Positions 43,217 to 53,406 of a stretch of DNA of 64,000 nucleotides are shown here, one piece after another (the stretch's first letter is position 1; every line of letters begins with the position of its first letter). The stretch comes from an uncultured Ignavibacteriaceae bacterium (GTDB lineage Bacteria; Bacteroidota; Ignavibacteria; UBA10030; BY39): positions 1,442 to 65,441 of the forward strand of contig CAYTID010000004.1 in the NCBI GenBank assembly GCA_964437735.1. The letters run 5' to 3'. A model generated the notes under the pieces. The model was given only the letters and a program-made list of their open reading frames with translations. It made no database searches and was not told the DNA's origin. The position numbers were made by a program, and so were the translations under genes.

Positions 43217-45325
43217 ATGAAAGAAAAATCGAAACAAACAGTATATTTTGTAGAGGGAATTTGCTGTGTGGAAGACGAATTCATACTGAAAAAAAAATTA
43301 AATGGCGTTGCCGGAGTTAAAGACCACCATTTTAATTTAATCACGAAAAAATTAAGCGTGTTACAAACTTGTCCAGACCAACAAATTATCGAAACATTAA
43401 AAAAAGCAGGTTTTTCGGCAACCACACTTGATAACGTAGAGAACTATGAGATTAAAACAGCCGAATGGAAAAAATATATATTTTTATTGTTATCCGGGTC
43501 TTTATTATTAACCGGACTTATACTTAATAATTTGAAATTCTCTGAAAATGTTCTGCTCGTATTTTTTGCTCTGTCTGCTATTGTTGGAGGCTGGAAGATA
43601 GCAATAAAAGGAATAAAATCTGTTATCAGCATGGCGCTTGATATGAATTTCTTAATGTTTGTGGCAGCAATCGGGGGATTTATAATAGGCGAATATGCTG
43701 AGGCTGCGGCGGTGATTTTTATGTTTTCAATCGCCCTTTACCTTGAGTCATTAAGCTTAGAAAGAACCCGAAAAGCAATTCGATCGTTAATGAATTTATC
43801 TCCAACGACTGCTTATGTTAAAGAAAGAGGATCTGAAATATTAAAGCCGGTAAAAAATATTAAAACCGGAGAGATGATAAAGATTAGGCCCGGTGAACAG
43901 ATATCGTTGGACGGTATAATAACCAATGGGATATCTTCAATCAACGAATCATTGATTACAGGCGAATCATCGCCAGTTTTGAAACAAGAAGGGGATCAAG
44001 TTTTTGCCGGAACAATAAACTTACGAGGATCTTTCGAATTCAAAGTAGTAAAAGAATACCACGATACAATGTTATCAAAAATTGTAGAGATGATCGAAAA
44101 AGGACAAAGCGAAAAAGCCGATAGCCAAACATTTATTGAAAAATTTTCAAAAATTTATACGCCGGCAGTGACAATAATAGCAATTCTAATCGCTGTAATA
44201 CCTCCACTTTTTTTCTCGGCTCCGTTTGAAGAGTGGTTTTATAGATCACTCGTTATGCTGGTTATTGCGTGTCCGTGTGCCTTGGTGATTTCGACGCCCG
44301 TAACAATAGTAACCGGGATAACTCAAGCTGCCCGCAATGGTGTGCTGATTAAGGGGGGTAAATATCTTGAAGCGATCGGAAAACAAGAGATATTCGCAAT
44401 TGATAAAACCGGGACATTAACGGAAGGAAGACCTAAACTTCAGGAAATAATAACGTTAAATTCATCCGCAGTCGAGAAAATTTTACAGATTGCGGCAGCA
44501 ATCGAAAATCATTCCGAACACCCCTTAGCTGAAGCAGTAGAAATAAAAGCGGTTGAGGCAGGTATTTCATTCAGAGATATTGAGGTTAAAAATTTTCTCT
44601 CTTTTCCCGGAAGAGGAATTACTGCTCAGATCGGTGATAAAATTTATATGCTCGGAAATCATCTGTTTTGTGAAGAGAACAATTTATGTAGTGCCGATAT
44701 TGAAAATATTTTGGAAAAACTCGAGTCGGAAGGAAAAACCGTAATAGTTGTCATTGAAAACGAAATACCCATGGGAATAATTTCTTTCATTGATGTTGCG
44801 CGCGAAGAGAGTAAAAAGGCCATTCATGAACTAAAGCAAATCGGAATAAAAAATATTTTAATGATTACAGGTGATAACGAGAAAATTGCAAATACCGTTG
44901 CAAAGGAAATCGGTATCGATAAAATTAATGCCGGATTAATGCCGGAAGAAAAACTTAATATTGTTCTGAAGCTGAAAGAACAAAACAACCGTGTTTGTGT
45001 GATTGGGGACGGTGTAAATGATGCCCCGGCGCTGGCCGCTTCGACAGTAGGGATCGCAATGGGATCGATTGGTACAGACGTCGCGATAGAAACCTCAAAT
45101 ATAGTATTGCATTCTGAAAATCTCATGAAAGTTGTGGATACGATAAAATTATCAAAAAAAACCAATAAAATATTAAAACAAAATATTGTATTAGCACTAA
45201 TTACAAAGGGAGTTTTTTTGATATTAGGAGCCTTTGGATTAGCAACATTGTGGATGGCTATCTTAGCAGATGACGGGGCTGCGATAGCGGTAATATTTAA
45301 CGGACTGAGACTCCTTAAAAAATAA
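43217..45325 (+). CDS. P1B-type heavy-metal (Zn/Cd/Pb-type) translocating ATPase
   Basis: Transmembrane CPC motif (VIACPCALVISTP), DKTGTLT phosphorylation site, GDGVNDAPAL hinge, and an N-terminal HMA-like domain whose metal site is GICCVE rather than GMTCxxC. Confidence 0.9.
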   Translation: MKEKSKQTVYFVEGICCVEDEFILKKKLNGVAGVKDHHFNLITKKLSVLQTCPDQQIIETLKKAGFSATTLDNVENYEIKTAEWKKYIFLLLSGSLLLTGLILNNLKFSENVLLVFFALSAIVGGWKIAIKGIKSVISMALDMNFLMFVAAIGGFIIGEYAEAAAVIFMFSIALYLESLSLERTRKAIRSLMNLSPTTAYVKERGSEILKPVKNIKTGEMIKIRPGEQISLDGIITNGISSINESLITGESSPVLKQEGDQVFAGTINLRGSFEFKVVKEYHDTMLSKIVEMIEKGQSEKADSQTFIEKFSKIYTPAVTIIAILIAVIPPLFFSAPFEEWFYRSLVMLVIACPCALVISTPVTIVTGITQAARNGVLIKGGKYLEAIGKQEIFAIDKTGTLTEGRPKLQEIITLNSSAVEKILQIAAAIENHSEHPLAEAVEIKAVEAGISFRDIEVKNFLSFPGRGITAQIGDKIYMLGNHLFCEENNLCSADIENILEKLESEGKTVIVVIENEIPMGIISFIDVAREESKKAIHELKQIGIKNILMITGDNEKIANTVAKEIGIDKINAGLMPEEKLNIVLKLKEQNNRVCVIGDGVNDAPALAASTVGIAMGSIGTDVAIETSNIVLHSENLMKVVDTIKLSKKTNKILKQNIVLALITKGVFLILGAFGLATLWMAILADDGAAIAVIFNGLRLLKK

Positions 45326-45425
45326 TTTTGTAAAACTTGCTTTTGTTTTTTATTATTCATATACTATAGCCAAAATAATGACCAATAGTCAGTTTATTTG
45401 TAACAGTCAGAACAGAGTATAAAAA

Positions 45426-46091
45426 ATGGGTATTTCAGAGAGAAAAGAGAGAGAAAAAGAATTTCGGCGGGAATCCATCCTTGATGCTGCGGAAAAAATA
45501 TTTTTTGAAAAAGGATTAGTAGCAACGACAATCGATGAAATAGCTCAGGGTGCTGAAATTAGTAAGGGGACGATTTATCTTTACTATAAAAGCAAAGATG
45601 ATATATATCTTGGAATATTATGCCGTGGTTTTGATCTGCTGGCAATAAAATTGCGTGATGCAGTGAAGGGTCCTGATTCCACACTCAAAAAACTTGATAA
45701 CATAGGTTCGGCGTATGTAAATTTTTCCGAAACTCATAAAAATTATTTTAGGATGTTCTCTTATCTTGATAATCCCCAGTTTCATAGTATGGCTTCTGAA
45801 GAATTGTTAATTGCGGGGAACCAAAAAAGCTTGATGGCATGGGAAATCATAATTGAAATCATTAAGCAGGGGATAGCAGATAAAACATTTAAAGAAGATA
45901 TCGATCCAACAGAGATGGCGATCATTCTTTGGTCTAATGCAACCGCATTAATTAAGCTAAAAGATAGGAACGACCACCTTTGGCTGAGTAACATAAATGT
46001 GGACATTGAGGAAATATTAACTAAGTCGAATAAAATGCTTGTAATGGAAATGCTAAATAAAAAATTTAAAAACAAAAAAAATAATAACTAA
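45426..46091 (+). CDS. TetR/AcrR family transcriptional regulator
   Basis: N-terminal HTH (ILDAAEKIFFEKGLVATTIDEIAQGAEISKGTIYLYYKSKDD). Confidence 0.85.
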   Translation: MGISERKEREKEFRRESILDAAEKIFFEKGLVATTIDEIAQGAEISKGTIYLYYKSKDDIYLGILCRGFDLLAIKLRDAVKGPDSTLKKLDNIGSAYVNFSETHKNYFRMFSYLDNPQFHSMASEELLIAGNQKSLMAWEIIIEIIKQGIADKTFKEDIDPTEMAIILWSNATALIKLKDRNDHLWLSNINVDIEEILTKSNKMLVMEMLNKKFKNKKNNN

Positions 46092-46099
46092 AAAATATT

Positions 46100-46288
46100 A
46101 TGAAATCTATATTGTGGACATTAATCGGAGTCGGTATCGGATTTTCCTTATCGTATATGTTATTAAATAAAAAAGAAGAGGAAGAAGCAGCAACTTTGCC
46201 CCTCTTTGTTTTTCAAAAACCCAAAGGTTCGATAAATGATGAAGTATTCGCGGGTGTTAAAGAAAACGAAAACGAAACTTGGCTATAA
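46100..46288 (+). CDS. Small hypothetical membrane protein of 62 aa
   Basis: One predicted TM helix. The gene starts 9 bp downstream of the TetR stop codon and has no recognisable homology. Confidence 0.3.
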   Translation: MKSILWTLIGVGIGFSLSYMLLNKKEEEEAATLPLFVFQKPKGSINDEVFAGVKENENETWL

Positions 46289-46473
46289 ATTAAATTGATC
46301 TATAATGGTTCGGTAGGTTCCCAACAACAAAAATCCAGATATAAATAGAGCAACGAACCACCAGAACACCTCGCTTAATTTTGCCGTTATTATTGTTAAC
46401 ATAACTTATCCTTTTTGTTACTACTTTAATGTAATTAGAAATGTGACATAAGTCAAATCTTTTTTTTAAAAAT

Positions 46474-46695
46474 ATGGCATTAGGGGATAAATTCATTTTA
46501 ATCGTTATTGTATTAATTTCGCTGATTTCTTTTATATGGTCTGTTTTTTCTTTCACCAAATCAATAAAATCAGCGAAAAAAAACGATGAAGGGCTTAGCA
46601 TGTTTTTCTGGGCTGTTGGCGGATTCTTGGGATTAATTATTGCAGGCTTGGGAACGGCATATTTAATAATTCCTATCCTTCTACACTATGTTTAA
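46474..46695 (+). CDS. Small hypothetical membrane protein of 73 aa
   Basis: Two predicted TM helices. Reality of the gene is uncertain. Confidence 0.3.
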   Translation: MALGDKFILIVIVLISLISFIWSVFSFTKSIKSAKKNDEGLSMFFWAVGGFLGLIIAGLGTAYLIIPILLHYV

Positions 46696-46720
46696 TAAAT
46701 AAATCAGTAAATCTAAAAAA

Positions 46721-46749
46721 TTGACTTTGTATAGAAAAATTTGTATTTT
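46721..46749 (+). promoter_or_regulatory. σ70-like promoter candidate upstream of rplU
   Basis: TTGACT, a 17-bp spacer, then TATTTT, about 50 bp upstream of the rplU start codon. Confidence 0.4.
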
Positions 46750-46796
46750 GATCTACAATTTTATTGTTTTTTCACTAAATTTGGAGAATTTCAAGC

Positions 46797-47105
46797 ATGT
46801 TTGCAGTTGTTGATATTGCTGGACAACAATTTAAGGTGAGCCAGACGGCGAAAATATACGTACCAAAATTAAATACGGAAATCGGTGGCACGGTTAAATT
46901 TGATAAGATATTATTACTCAGCGATGAGAAAGAAGTAAAAATCGGCAATCCTACATTAAAAGGAATTTCAGTAGAAGCCAAAGTGCTTTCTCATGAAAAA
47001 GACGATACAGTCATCGTTTTTAAGAAAAAGAAAAGAAAAGGCTATCGGGTTCGCCGGGGACATCGGCAACCTTATACAAAGCTTGAAATTACAAAAATCG
47101 GATAA
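46797..47105 (+). CDS. rplU: 50S ribosomal protein L21
   Basis: [14 protein letters not shown]… is the typical L21 N-terminus; 102 aa. Confidence 0.93.
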   Translation: MFAVVDIAGQQFKVSQTAKIYVPKLNTEIGGTVKFDKILLLSDEKEVKIGNPTLKGISVEAKVLSHEKDDTVIVFKKKKRKGYRVRRGHRQPYTKLEITKIG

Positions 47106-47117
47106 GGAGTATTTAGT

Positions 47118-47372
47118 ATGGCACATAAAAAAGGCGGCGGTAGTTCCAGAAACGGTCGCGACAGTAACGCACAGCGTTTAGGAGTAAAAAGGTTCGGCGG
47201 ACAAACCGTTACAGCCGGAAGTATTATCGTCCGACAGCGTGGCACAAAATTTTTACCCGGTCAAAATGTTGGCGTGGGTTCTGACGATACATTGTTTGCA
47301 GTTGCAAATGGAGTCGTCAAATTTGAACGTTCAGGAAAATCAAGAAAAAAAGTTAGTATCATTCCTGCCTGA
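47118..47372 (+). CDS. rpmA: 50S ribosomal protein L27
   Basis: [29 protein letters not shown] is the canonical L27 sequence. Confidence 0.95.
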   Translation: MAHKKGGGSSRNGRDSNAQRLGVKRFGGQTVTAGSIIVRQRGTKFLPGQNVGVGSDDTLFAVANGVVKFERSGKSRKKVSIIPA

Positions 47373-47400
47373 TCATCAATTAGGAAAAGTTCTTTTACAT

Positions 47401-47447
47401 ATACCCGTTCATAAAATCGCAGATGGTTTTATACGGGTATTTTTGTT
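47401..47447 (+). terminator. Rho-independent terminator after rpmA
   Basis: Stem atacccgt / acgggtat followed by TTTTTGTTT. Confidence 0.6.
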
Positions 47448-47494
47448 TCGATAATGAAATAATAATTCACAGTTCTTAATTAATTAAATCAATT

Positions 47495-48457
47495 TTGGAG
47501 GATACAATGAAAATCGCAGTAATTGGTGGTGGTAATATCGGTGGTGTGCTAGTACAGGAAATCGTGCGACGTCGGCTGGCTCGCCATGTTGGGTTGGTTG
47601 ATGTGAAAGGACCCGATCTATCTAAAGGTAAATGTCTTGATATTGCAGAGGGTTTACCTATAGTTTCATCAGATGTTGTAATCGAAGGATCTAAGGAATA
47701 CGACGTTATTGAAGGTGCGGATTTGGTTATTAACACAGCTGGCGTACCGCGCGCTGCCAGACCGGACGGCACAATTCCCACAAGGGAAGAATTATTGGCT
47801 ACTAATTTAAAAATCACAGACGCAGTGAGCGAAGGGATTTCAAAATTCTGTCCGAAGGCAATTATCATTTCTGTTGCCAATCCTTTGGACGCTATCGTTT
47901 ATCGCTTATCCATGAATTTAAAACCTGCACGTGAACGCTTGATGGGTATGGCCGGAGTTTTAGATTCTTCACGTTACAGATATTTCATAGCAAACGAAGC
48001 TGGCGTAAGTGTTGAGAATGTAGAAGCTATGGTTCTTGGCGGGCATGGTGATGATATGTTGCCGATTCGTTCGGCTTGCCGTATAGCCGGAATGCCGGTG
48101 GAAAAATTCATCTCAGCTGAAAAATTAGATGCCATTGAAGCGCGCACACGTCAGGCCGGCGGTGAGGTTGTTAAGTTATTGGGCAGCGGTTCAGCATTTG
48201 TCTCTCCGTCATGGGCGGCGTTGGAAATGGCTGAAGCAATTATTTTTGATAAGAAAAAGATTATGCCGGTCTGCACACTTCTAAAGAGTGAGTACGGTAT
48301 TGATGGTTTATTTATAGGCGTGCCGGTTATTTTGGGCGCAAAAGGGATTGAAAAAATCATTACTATGGATTTGACCGACACGGAAAAAGAAGCATTTGCC
48401 AAGTCCGTTGCATCAGTAAAGAAATCGAGCGATGAAGTTCTGACCCTTTCGAAGTAA
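47495..48457 (+). CDS. mdh: Malate dehydrogenase of the LDH-like family
   Basis: N-terminal Rossmann fold KIAVIGGGNIGG and the active-site region MVLGGHGDDMLP; 320 aa. Confidence 0.75.
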   Translation: MEDTMKIAVIGGGNIGGVLVQEIVRRRLARHVGLVDVKGPDLSKGKCLDIAEGLPIVSSDVVIEGSKEYDVIEGADLVINTAGVPRAARPDGTIPTREELLATNLKITDAVSEGISKFCPKAIIISVANPLDAIVYRLSMNLKPARERLMGMAGVLDSSRYRYFIANEAGVSVENVEAMVLGGHGDDMLPIRSACRIAGMPVEKFISAEKLDAIEARTRQAGGEVVKLLGSGSAFVSPSWAALEMAEAIIFDKKKIMPVCTLLKSEYGIDGLFIGVPVILGAKGIEKIITMDLTDTEKEAFAKSVASVKKSSDEVLTLSK

Positions 48458-48507
48458 ATCAATCCACAGCAATTGCGGCAATAGCCGGGATATTGAAATA
48501 TGTTTAA

Positions 48508-48540
48508 GCCATTCTGAGACCTCTCAGAATGGCTTTTTGT
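48508..48540 (+). terminator. Rho-independent terminator after mdh
   Basis: gccattctgag / ctcagaatggc with a 4-nt loop, followed by TTTTTG. Confidence 0.7.
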
Positions 48541-48593
48541 ATTTGACATTTCAAATACTTATTTCTAAATTCGTAAAAAAGAAAAGGTAAAAA

Positions 48594-49673
48594 ATGGATA
48601 ATATAAACAGACGCAATTTTTTAAAGTCGACTGTGATAATCGGAACGGGAAGCATTATCGCAGGGGGATTTCCGGCAAAAATTTTTCCTGAAAATATAAA
48701 ACCTGTTTCTTTTAAACCCATTGTGATTGCAAGCGCAAACGGCATCCCGGCTGTCAATAAAGCAATGGAAATGATTAATTCGGGGGCGGATGTTCTTGAA
48801 GCAATTATATCTGGCGTCAATATCGTCGAAGATGATCCGAACGATGACAGCGTAGGTTTTGGAGGTTTGCCCAATGAAGAAGGAATTGTAGAGTTAGATG
48901 CTGCTGTGATGCATGGTCCAAGTTATCGCGGAGGAGCAGTAGCGTCCTTACGGAATATTAAAAATCCTTCCAGAGTTGCACAAGCAGTGATGGAAAGAAC
49001 TGACCATGTACTAATTGTTGGTGATGGCGCACTGAGGTTTGCAAAAGCTCACGGCTTTAAGGAGGAAAATTTACTCACAGAAGAATCAAGAAAAAAATGG
49101 TTGAAGTGGAAAGAAAATCTGAGCACGGAGGACGACTGGTTACCACCTCATAGTATCGATGATGACGATATCGGTGAATATCGTAAATCCTATTTTCGAC
49201 ACTATGGCACAATCCATTGCAGCGGCCTGGATTTAAATGGAAATTTATCTTGTGTTACAACAACCAGCGGACTTGCTTATAAAATTCCCGGAAGAGTTGG
49301 TGATTCACCAATAATAGGAGCCGGTCTTTATGTCGACAATGAAGTAGGTGCAGCCGGTTCAACAGGAAGAGGTGAAGCGAATTTGCTGAATTGCAGCTCT
49401 GTGCTGATAGTTGAATGGATGCGGCAAGGGAAATCACCCGAAGAAGCTTGTCTGCTTGCCTGTAAAAGAATAAATGAACGCTGTCGGGAAAAACGACTCC
49501 GGGATGAAAAAGGAAGATTTAAACATAATGTAAAGTTTTATGCAATTAATAAAAAGGGAGAATATGGTGGCGCAGCGATTTGGAGCGGCGGCAAATACGG
49601 TGAAATTTTATTTGCTTTACACGATGGAACTTCTGCAAAAATATTAAAAGGGGTATCTTTATTTAAAATATAA
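48594..49673 (+). CDS. Ntn-hydrolase of the asparaginase-2 family (isoaspartyl peptidase / L-asparaginase-like) with a Tat-type signal
   Basis: N-terminal RRNFLKSTVIIGTGSIIAGG, the GDSPIIGAGLYVDNEVGAAGSTGRGE block, and a candidate Thr nucleophile in GTIHCSGLD. Confidence 0.75.
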   Translation: MDNINRRNFLKSTVIIGTGSIIAGGFPAKIFPENIKPVSFKPIVIASANGIPAVNKAMEMINSGADVLEAIISGVNIVEDDPNDDSVGFGGLPNEEGIVELDAAVMHGPSYRGGAVASLRNIKNPSRVAQAVMERTDHVLIVGDGALRFAKAHGFKEENLLTEESRKKWLKWKENLSTEDDWLPPHSIDDDDIGEYRKSYFRHYGTIHCSGLDLNGNLSCVTTTSGLAYKIPGRVGDSPIIGAGLYVDNEVGAAGSTGRGEANLLNCSSVLIVEWMRQGKSPEEACLLACKRINERCREKRLRDEKGRFKHNVKFYAINKKGEYGGAAIWSGGKYGEILFALHDGTSAKILKGVSLFKI

Positions 49674-49713
49674 CTGTTTATTCCTTAGTCTTCTTTCATT
49701 TATTAATAGCTCT

Positions 49714-51240
49714 ATGATTAATAAAGTAAAAATGGTTTCGATTTTTATTTTACTTATGGAAATATTTTTTATATATATTCAATATTCTTATGCTCAGGAA
49801 TCAGAATTTATAAAAAAATCCGGAGAAAATTTTGTTCTAAATGGAAAATTTTATTATTCAATAGGTGCAAATTGTTATTATTTGCAAAATCTTTCCGCTC
49901 TTGGAGATACAACTAAAGTAAATGAGATATTTATTGAGGCAAAACAACTCGGGATTAATACATTACGTACATGGGGTTTTTATGATTCTTCCGATTCAAC
50001 AAATAAAGCAGTAATTCAATATGCACCCGGAGTTTTTAATGAGGAAGGCTTAAAAGCACTCGATTTTGTATTGTTAAAAGCAAGAGAACACTCAATCCGA
50101 CTTATAATTCCGTTTGTAAACAATTGGGAGGATTATGGGGGAATGAATCAATATGTTTGTTGGTATGCAGGAGAAAAAATGGAAAAGGTAAATTCTTCTA
50201 TAAAAGGACAAAAAATCGTTTATGGTGTCGGAGGCAGAAGTTATCGGGTAAAATTTACGGATATTATTACACATGATGATTTTTATAAAAATAGTGTAAT
50301 TAAAGAGTGGTATAAAAATTATGTTTACAAAATTTTAACAAGGATTAATACTTATACAAATATTGCATATCGAGACGACCCAGTTGTTATGGCTTGGGAG
50401 CTCGCTAATGAACCTAGATCGAGCGATAGGACGGGTGAAATTGTTTTCGAATGGATGAATGAAATGGCTTCATTCATTAAGGAGATAGATACAAATCATT
50501 TAGTAGGTACAGGGGAAGAGGGTTTCGATGTATCTAACAATACTTATTTTGATGTTTCGAAATATCCATCATGGATGTTTAATGGTTCTGCAGGAATCTC
50601 GTTTTCAAAAAATGTTGCCATTAATGATGTAGATATGGCGGGAATACATTTTTATCATGAAGCATGGAACTTAAATTATAATCAAATTAATTTTTGGATT
50701 CATGATCATTATAGGTTTTCTAAATTGATAAAAAAACCGATATATTTTGGCGAGGTGGGAGTTAGAAAAAATAAATCGCAATATTATGATTATTTTTTTA
50801 ACAAGGTATTAAATAATAATATTTCCGGAATTTTATTATGGCAATTATCATATAAAGGGAGTCCTTATTTAGATCCTTATTCTTTTAATTGTCCTGATAA
50901 TCAAGAAATCTGCATTTTGTTTCAAAAATACAGTGATAAATTTTATCAAAAAATTGATCGCATTGTAATAATTCCTGATTTTAATCAATTGCTGCATAAT
51001 TATCCTAATCCATTCAACAAAGTAACGCTTATTACATACGAAGTTGAAAAACCGAGATTGATAATACTGGAAGTTTATAATCTATTAGGGCAAAAAGTAT
51101 TTGATTTAGTTAACCATTATCATCAAGCAGGTGAGTATAAAGTAATATTTGACGGCAGTTCATTCACAAGCGGAATTTATTACGTATTAATGAGATATAG
51201 CGGTGGATTTTCGGGATTGAAAACAGTATTGATACGTTGA
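49714..51240 (+). CDS. Glycoside hydrolase family 5 (mannanase-like) with a T9SS C-terminal sorting domain
   Basis: Catalytic acid motif WELANEPR, candidate nucleophile FGEVG, signal peptide, and a C-terminal NYPNPFNKVTLITYEV…GIYYVLMRY CTD. Confidence 0.75.
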   Translation: MINKVKMVSIFILLMEIFFIYIQYSYAQESEFIKKSGENFVLNGKFYYSIGANCYYLQNLSALGDTTKVNEIFIEAKQLGINTLRTWGFYDSSDSTNKAVIQYAPGVFNEEGLKALDFVLLKAREHSIRLIIPFVNNWEDYGGMNQYVCWYAGEKMEKVNSSIKGQKIVYGVGGRSYRVKFTDIITHDDFYKNSVIKEWYKNYVYKILTRINTYTNIAYRDDPVVMAWELANEPRSSDRTGEIVFEWMNEMASFIKEIDTNHLVGTGEEGFDVSNNTYFDVSKYPSWMFNGSAGISFSKNVAINDVDMAGIHFYHEAWNLNYNQINFWIHDHYRFSKLIKKPIYFGEVGVRKNKSQYYDYFFNKVLNNNISGILLWQLSYKGSPYLDPYSFNCPDNQEICILFQKYSDKFYQKIDRIVIIPDFNQLLHNYPNPFNKVTLITYEVEKPRLIILEVYNLLGQKVFDLVNHYHQAGEYKVIFDGSSFTSGIYYVLMRYSGGFSGLKTVLIR

Positions 51241-51347
51241 ATTTAAAACATTTCTTGACATTTACATTTCTCTTTATTATTTTGCCCGCATGATCACAAT
51301 TAAATCAGTTTATTGAAAACCTGAAATAGAAAAGCCGCACTGCTGAA

Positions 51348-51893
51348 ATGGCAAAGCTAACTTACGAAGAAATACAGGAACGGTTTAATACGTCAAAGGA
51401 TTTTAATGAAATTTTTGATGCTTTCGAAGCCGCAATCAACAGCAATATTAAAAATATTGAACTTTACCGCCAATTATTTTGGAACGACGCACTTTCGCAC
51501 GACGAGCTCTGTTTGTTCGGCGAGAAGCTGGCTGAAGTATTTCCGGATATGAAATACGATGTATACATGTGGCTTGGAAAGGTATTTGAAGTCACATACT
51601 CCATGTACGATAATTACGAATCTACTATAAGATATTTCAGAAAAGCTGCTGATGTTAAGCCTGACGAAATCGAAACGTATATTGCAGTAAGCGACTGCTA
51701 TGAGCCTGATTTAAATTTACCTCCTATCGATATAATTTTAGACTTTGTAAAAAACGGACTCTTACATGTAAAAGATCCAACACATCTCTATTTGAGATTA
51801 TCTGAACTTTATGAAAAAACCGGTAATTATGAACAAAGCGATTATTACCGGCGTAAAGCAGATGAGAGTGGAGGCGCGCATCCAGAAGGATGA
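51348..51893 (+). CDS. TPR-like helical protein
   Basis: 181-aa helical protein with TPR-like Tyr/Trp spacing. Confidence 0.4.
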   Translation: MAKLTYEEIQERFNTSKDFNEIFDAFEAAINSNIKNIELYRQLFWNDALSHDELCLFGEKLAEVFPDMKYDVYMWLGKVFEVTYSMYDNYESTIRYFRKAADVKPDEIETYIAVSDCYEPDLNLPPIDIILDFVKNGLLHVKDPTHLYLRLSELYEKTGNYEQSDYYRRKADESGGAHPEG

Positions 51894-52795
51894 AATCTTA
51901 TAAAGGTTACATTTTCATTCTTTTCGGAACAATATTCTGGGGAATATCTGCTACTATAGCTAAATTTCTTTATACTAAACAGGTCGAAACCTTGATACTT
52001 GTGCAAACCAGAGTTACTATTTCGGCGATATTAATTTTTGTTTTTTTCTTAATATTTAAACGGGAGTTATTAAAAATACAATTCACGCATTTATTTTCTT
52101 TTGTGTTGCTTGGAGTGATAGGTGTGGCGATGTCGAATTTTACCTATTATTTTACAATTCAGCAGACAAATGTATCAACCGCAATACTACTTCAATACAT
52201 GGCTCCGCTCCTGGTATTGCTTTATGCTGCGTTCACAAAAGAAGAATCGCTCTCGTGGATAAAAATAGCGGCAGCATTTATTTCAATAAGCGGCTGTTTT
52301 CTGGCGGTTGCCGGAAAAGAATTTTCATTTATTCACGTAAGCAGGCTTGGTTTGATTGTTGGTGTGGCATCCGCTTTTTGCTGGGCTTTTGCTAATGTTT
52401 ATTTGCGTCACATTCTAATAAACTATTCTGTGTGGACAATTATAGTCTATTCATTTTTAGCAGCATCGATATTTTGGTTATTTGTTAATCCTCCATGGGT
52501 TATCATCGAAGCAAAATATACACCTGAACTTTGGGGAATGTTTTTCGGATTTGCAATAATATCGGTTCTTATTCCCCATTCATTTTATTTTTCTGGACTG
52601 AGATATATTACCGCTTCACGGGCAATTATTACTGGTACATTCGAGCCTATTGTTGCGATTATATCTTCATATTTATTCTTACATCATATACTGGATGAAA
52701 TCCAGATTTTCGGTGCCGTGATGGTTGTTGCAGCAATTGTTTTGCTCCAGATGAAAAAAGAAAAATTTCAGGAAATTAAAATTCAAAATCAATAA
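51890..52795 (+). CDS. EamA/DMT-family transporter
   Basis: About ten TM helices in two EamA-like halves; 301 aa. Confidence 0.7.
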   Translation: MKSYKGYIFILFGTIFWGISATIAKFLYTKQVETLILVQTRVTISAILIFVFFLIFKRELLKIQFTHLFSFVLLGVIGVAMSNFTYYFTIQQTNVSTAILLQYMAPLLVLLYAAFTKEESLSWIKIAAAFISISGCFLAVAGKEFSFIHVSRLGLIVGVASAFCWAFANVYLRHILINYSVWTIIVYSFLAASIFWLFVNPPWVIIEAKYTPELWGMFFGFAIISVLIPHSFYFSGLRYITASRAIITGTFEPIVAIISSYLFLHHILDEIQIFGAVMVVAAIVLLQMKKEKFQEIKIQNQ

Positions 52796-52797
52796 AA

Positions 52798-53376
52798 ATG
52801 ACAGAAAAAAGAGAAAATAAAATCAAAAATATTTTAAGTAAACGACAACCCGATCTGACCGTAGTTATCGAAAACATACACGATCCTCATAATGTAAGCG
52901 CAATTCTCCGGTCGGCTGATGCGGTTGGCGTTAAAGAAATACACCTTATTTATACCGTTGAAAAATTTCCTAAACTGGGTAAAAAAAGTTCTGCAAGCGC
53001 CGTTAAATGGGTTGAACGAAAAAGACATAATTCTGTAAAAGAATGTTATGAGTATTTATGGTCTGAGGGTTTTAAAATATATGCAACCCATCTTGGAAGC
53101 ATATCTAAATCTCTTTACGAATTAAATTTAGCCAAAAAGGTTGCCCTTGTTTTCGGGAATGAACATCACGGCGTTTCAGATGAAGCTGCAGAATTAGCAG
53201 ACGGAAATTTTCAAATACCAATGACCGGTATGATACAAAGTTTGAACGTTTCTGTAGCTTGTGCCGTTACATTATATGAAGCAATGCGACAACGTTTGAA
53301 TAAGGGTTTTTATGATAAACCAAAATTCAGTAAGAGCGATCTTGAAATACTGTTCAATGAGTGGTCGAAAAAATAG
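52798..53376 (+). CDS. SpoU/TrmH-family RNA 2'-O-methyltransferase
   Basis: SPOUT motifs (LVFGNEHHGVS, QSLNVSVACAVTLYE). Confidence 0.8.
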   Translation: MTEKRENKIKNILSKRQPDLTVVIENIHDPHNVSAILRSADAVGVKEIHLIYTVEKFPKLGKKSSASAVKWVERKRHNSVKECYEYLWSEGFKIYATHLGSISKSLYELNLAKKVALVFGNEHHGVSDEAAELADGNFQIPMTGMIQSLNVSVACAVTLYEAMRQRLNKGFYDKPKFSKSDLEILFNEWSKK

Positions 53377-53406
53377 TACATAAACAAAATTTAATACGGA
53401 GGTAAA

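Noticed and set aside
45326-45425. TGAC-N5-GTCA imperfect palindrome upstream of the TetR gene as an operator
   Set aside because: Only the outer 4 bp are symmetric, which is too weak to call without comparative data.
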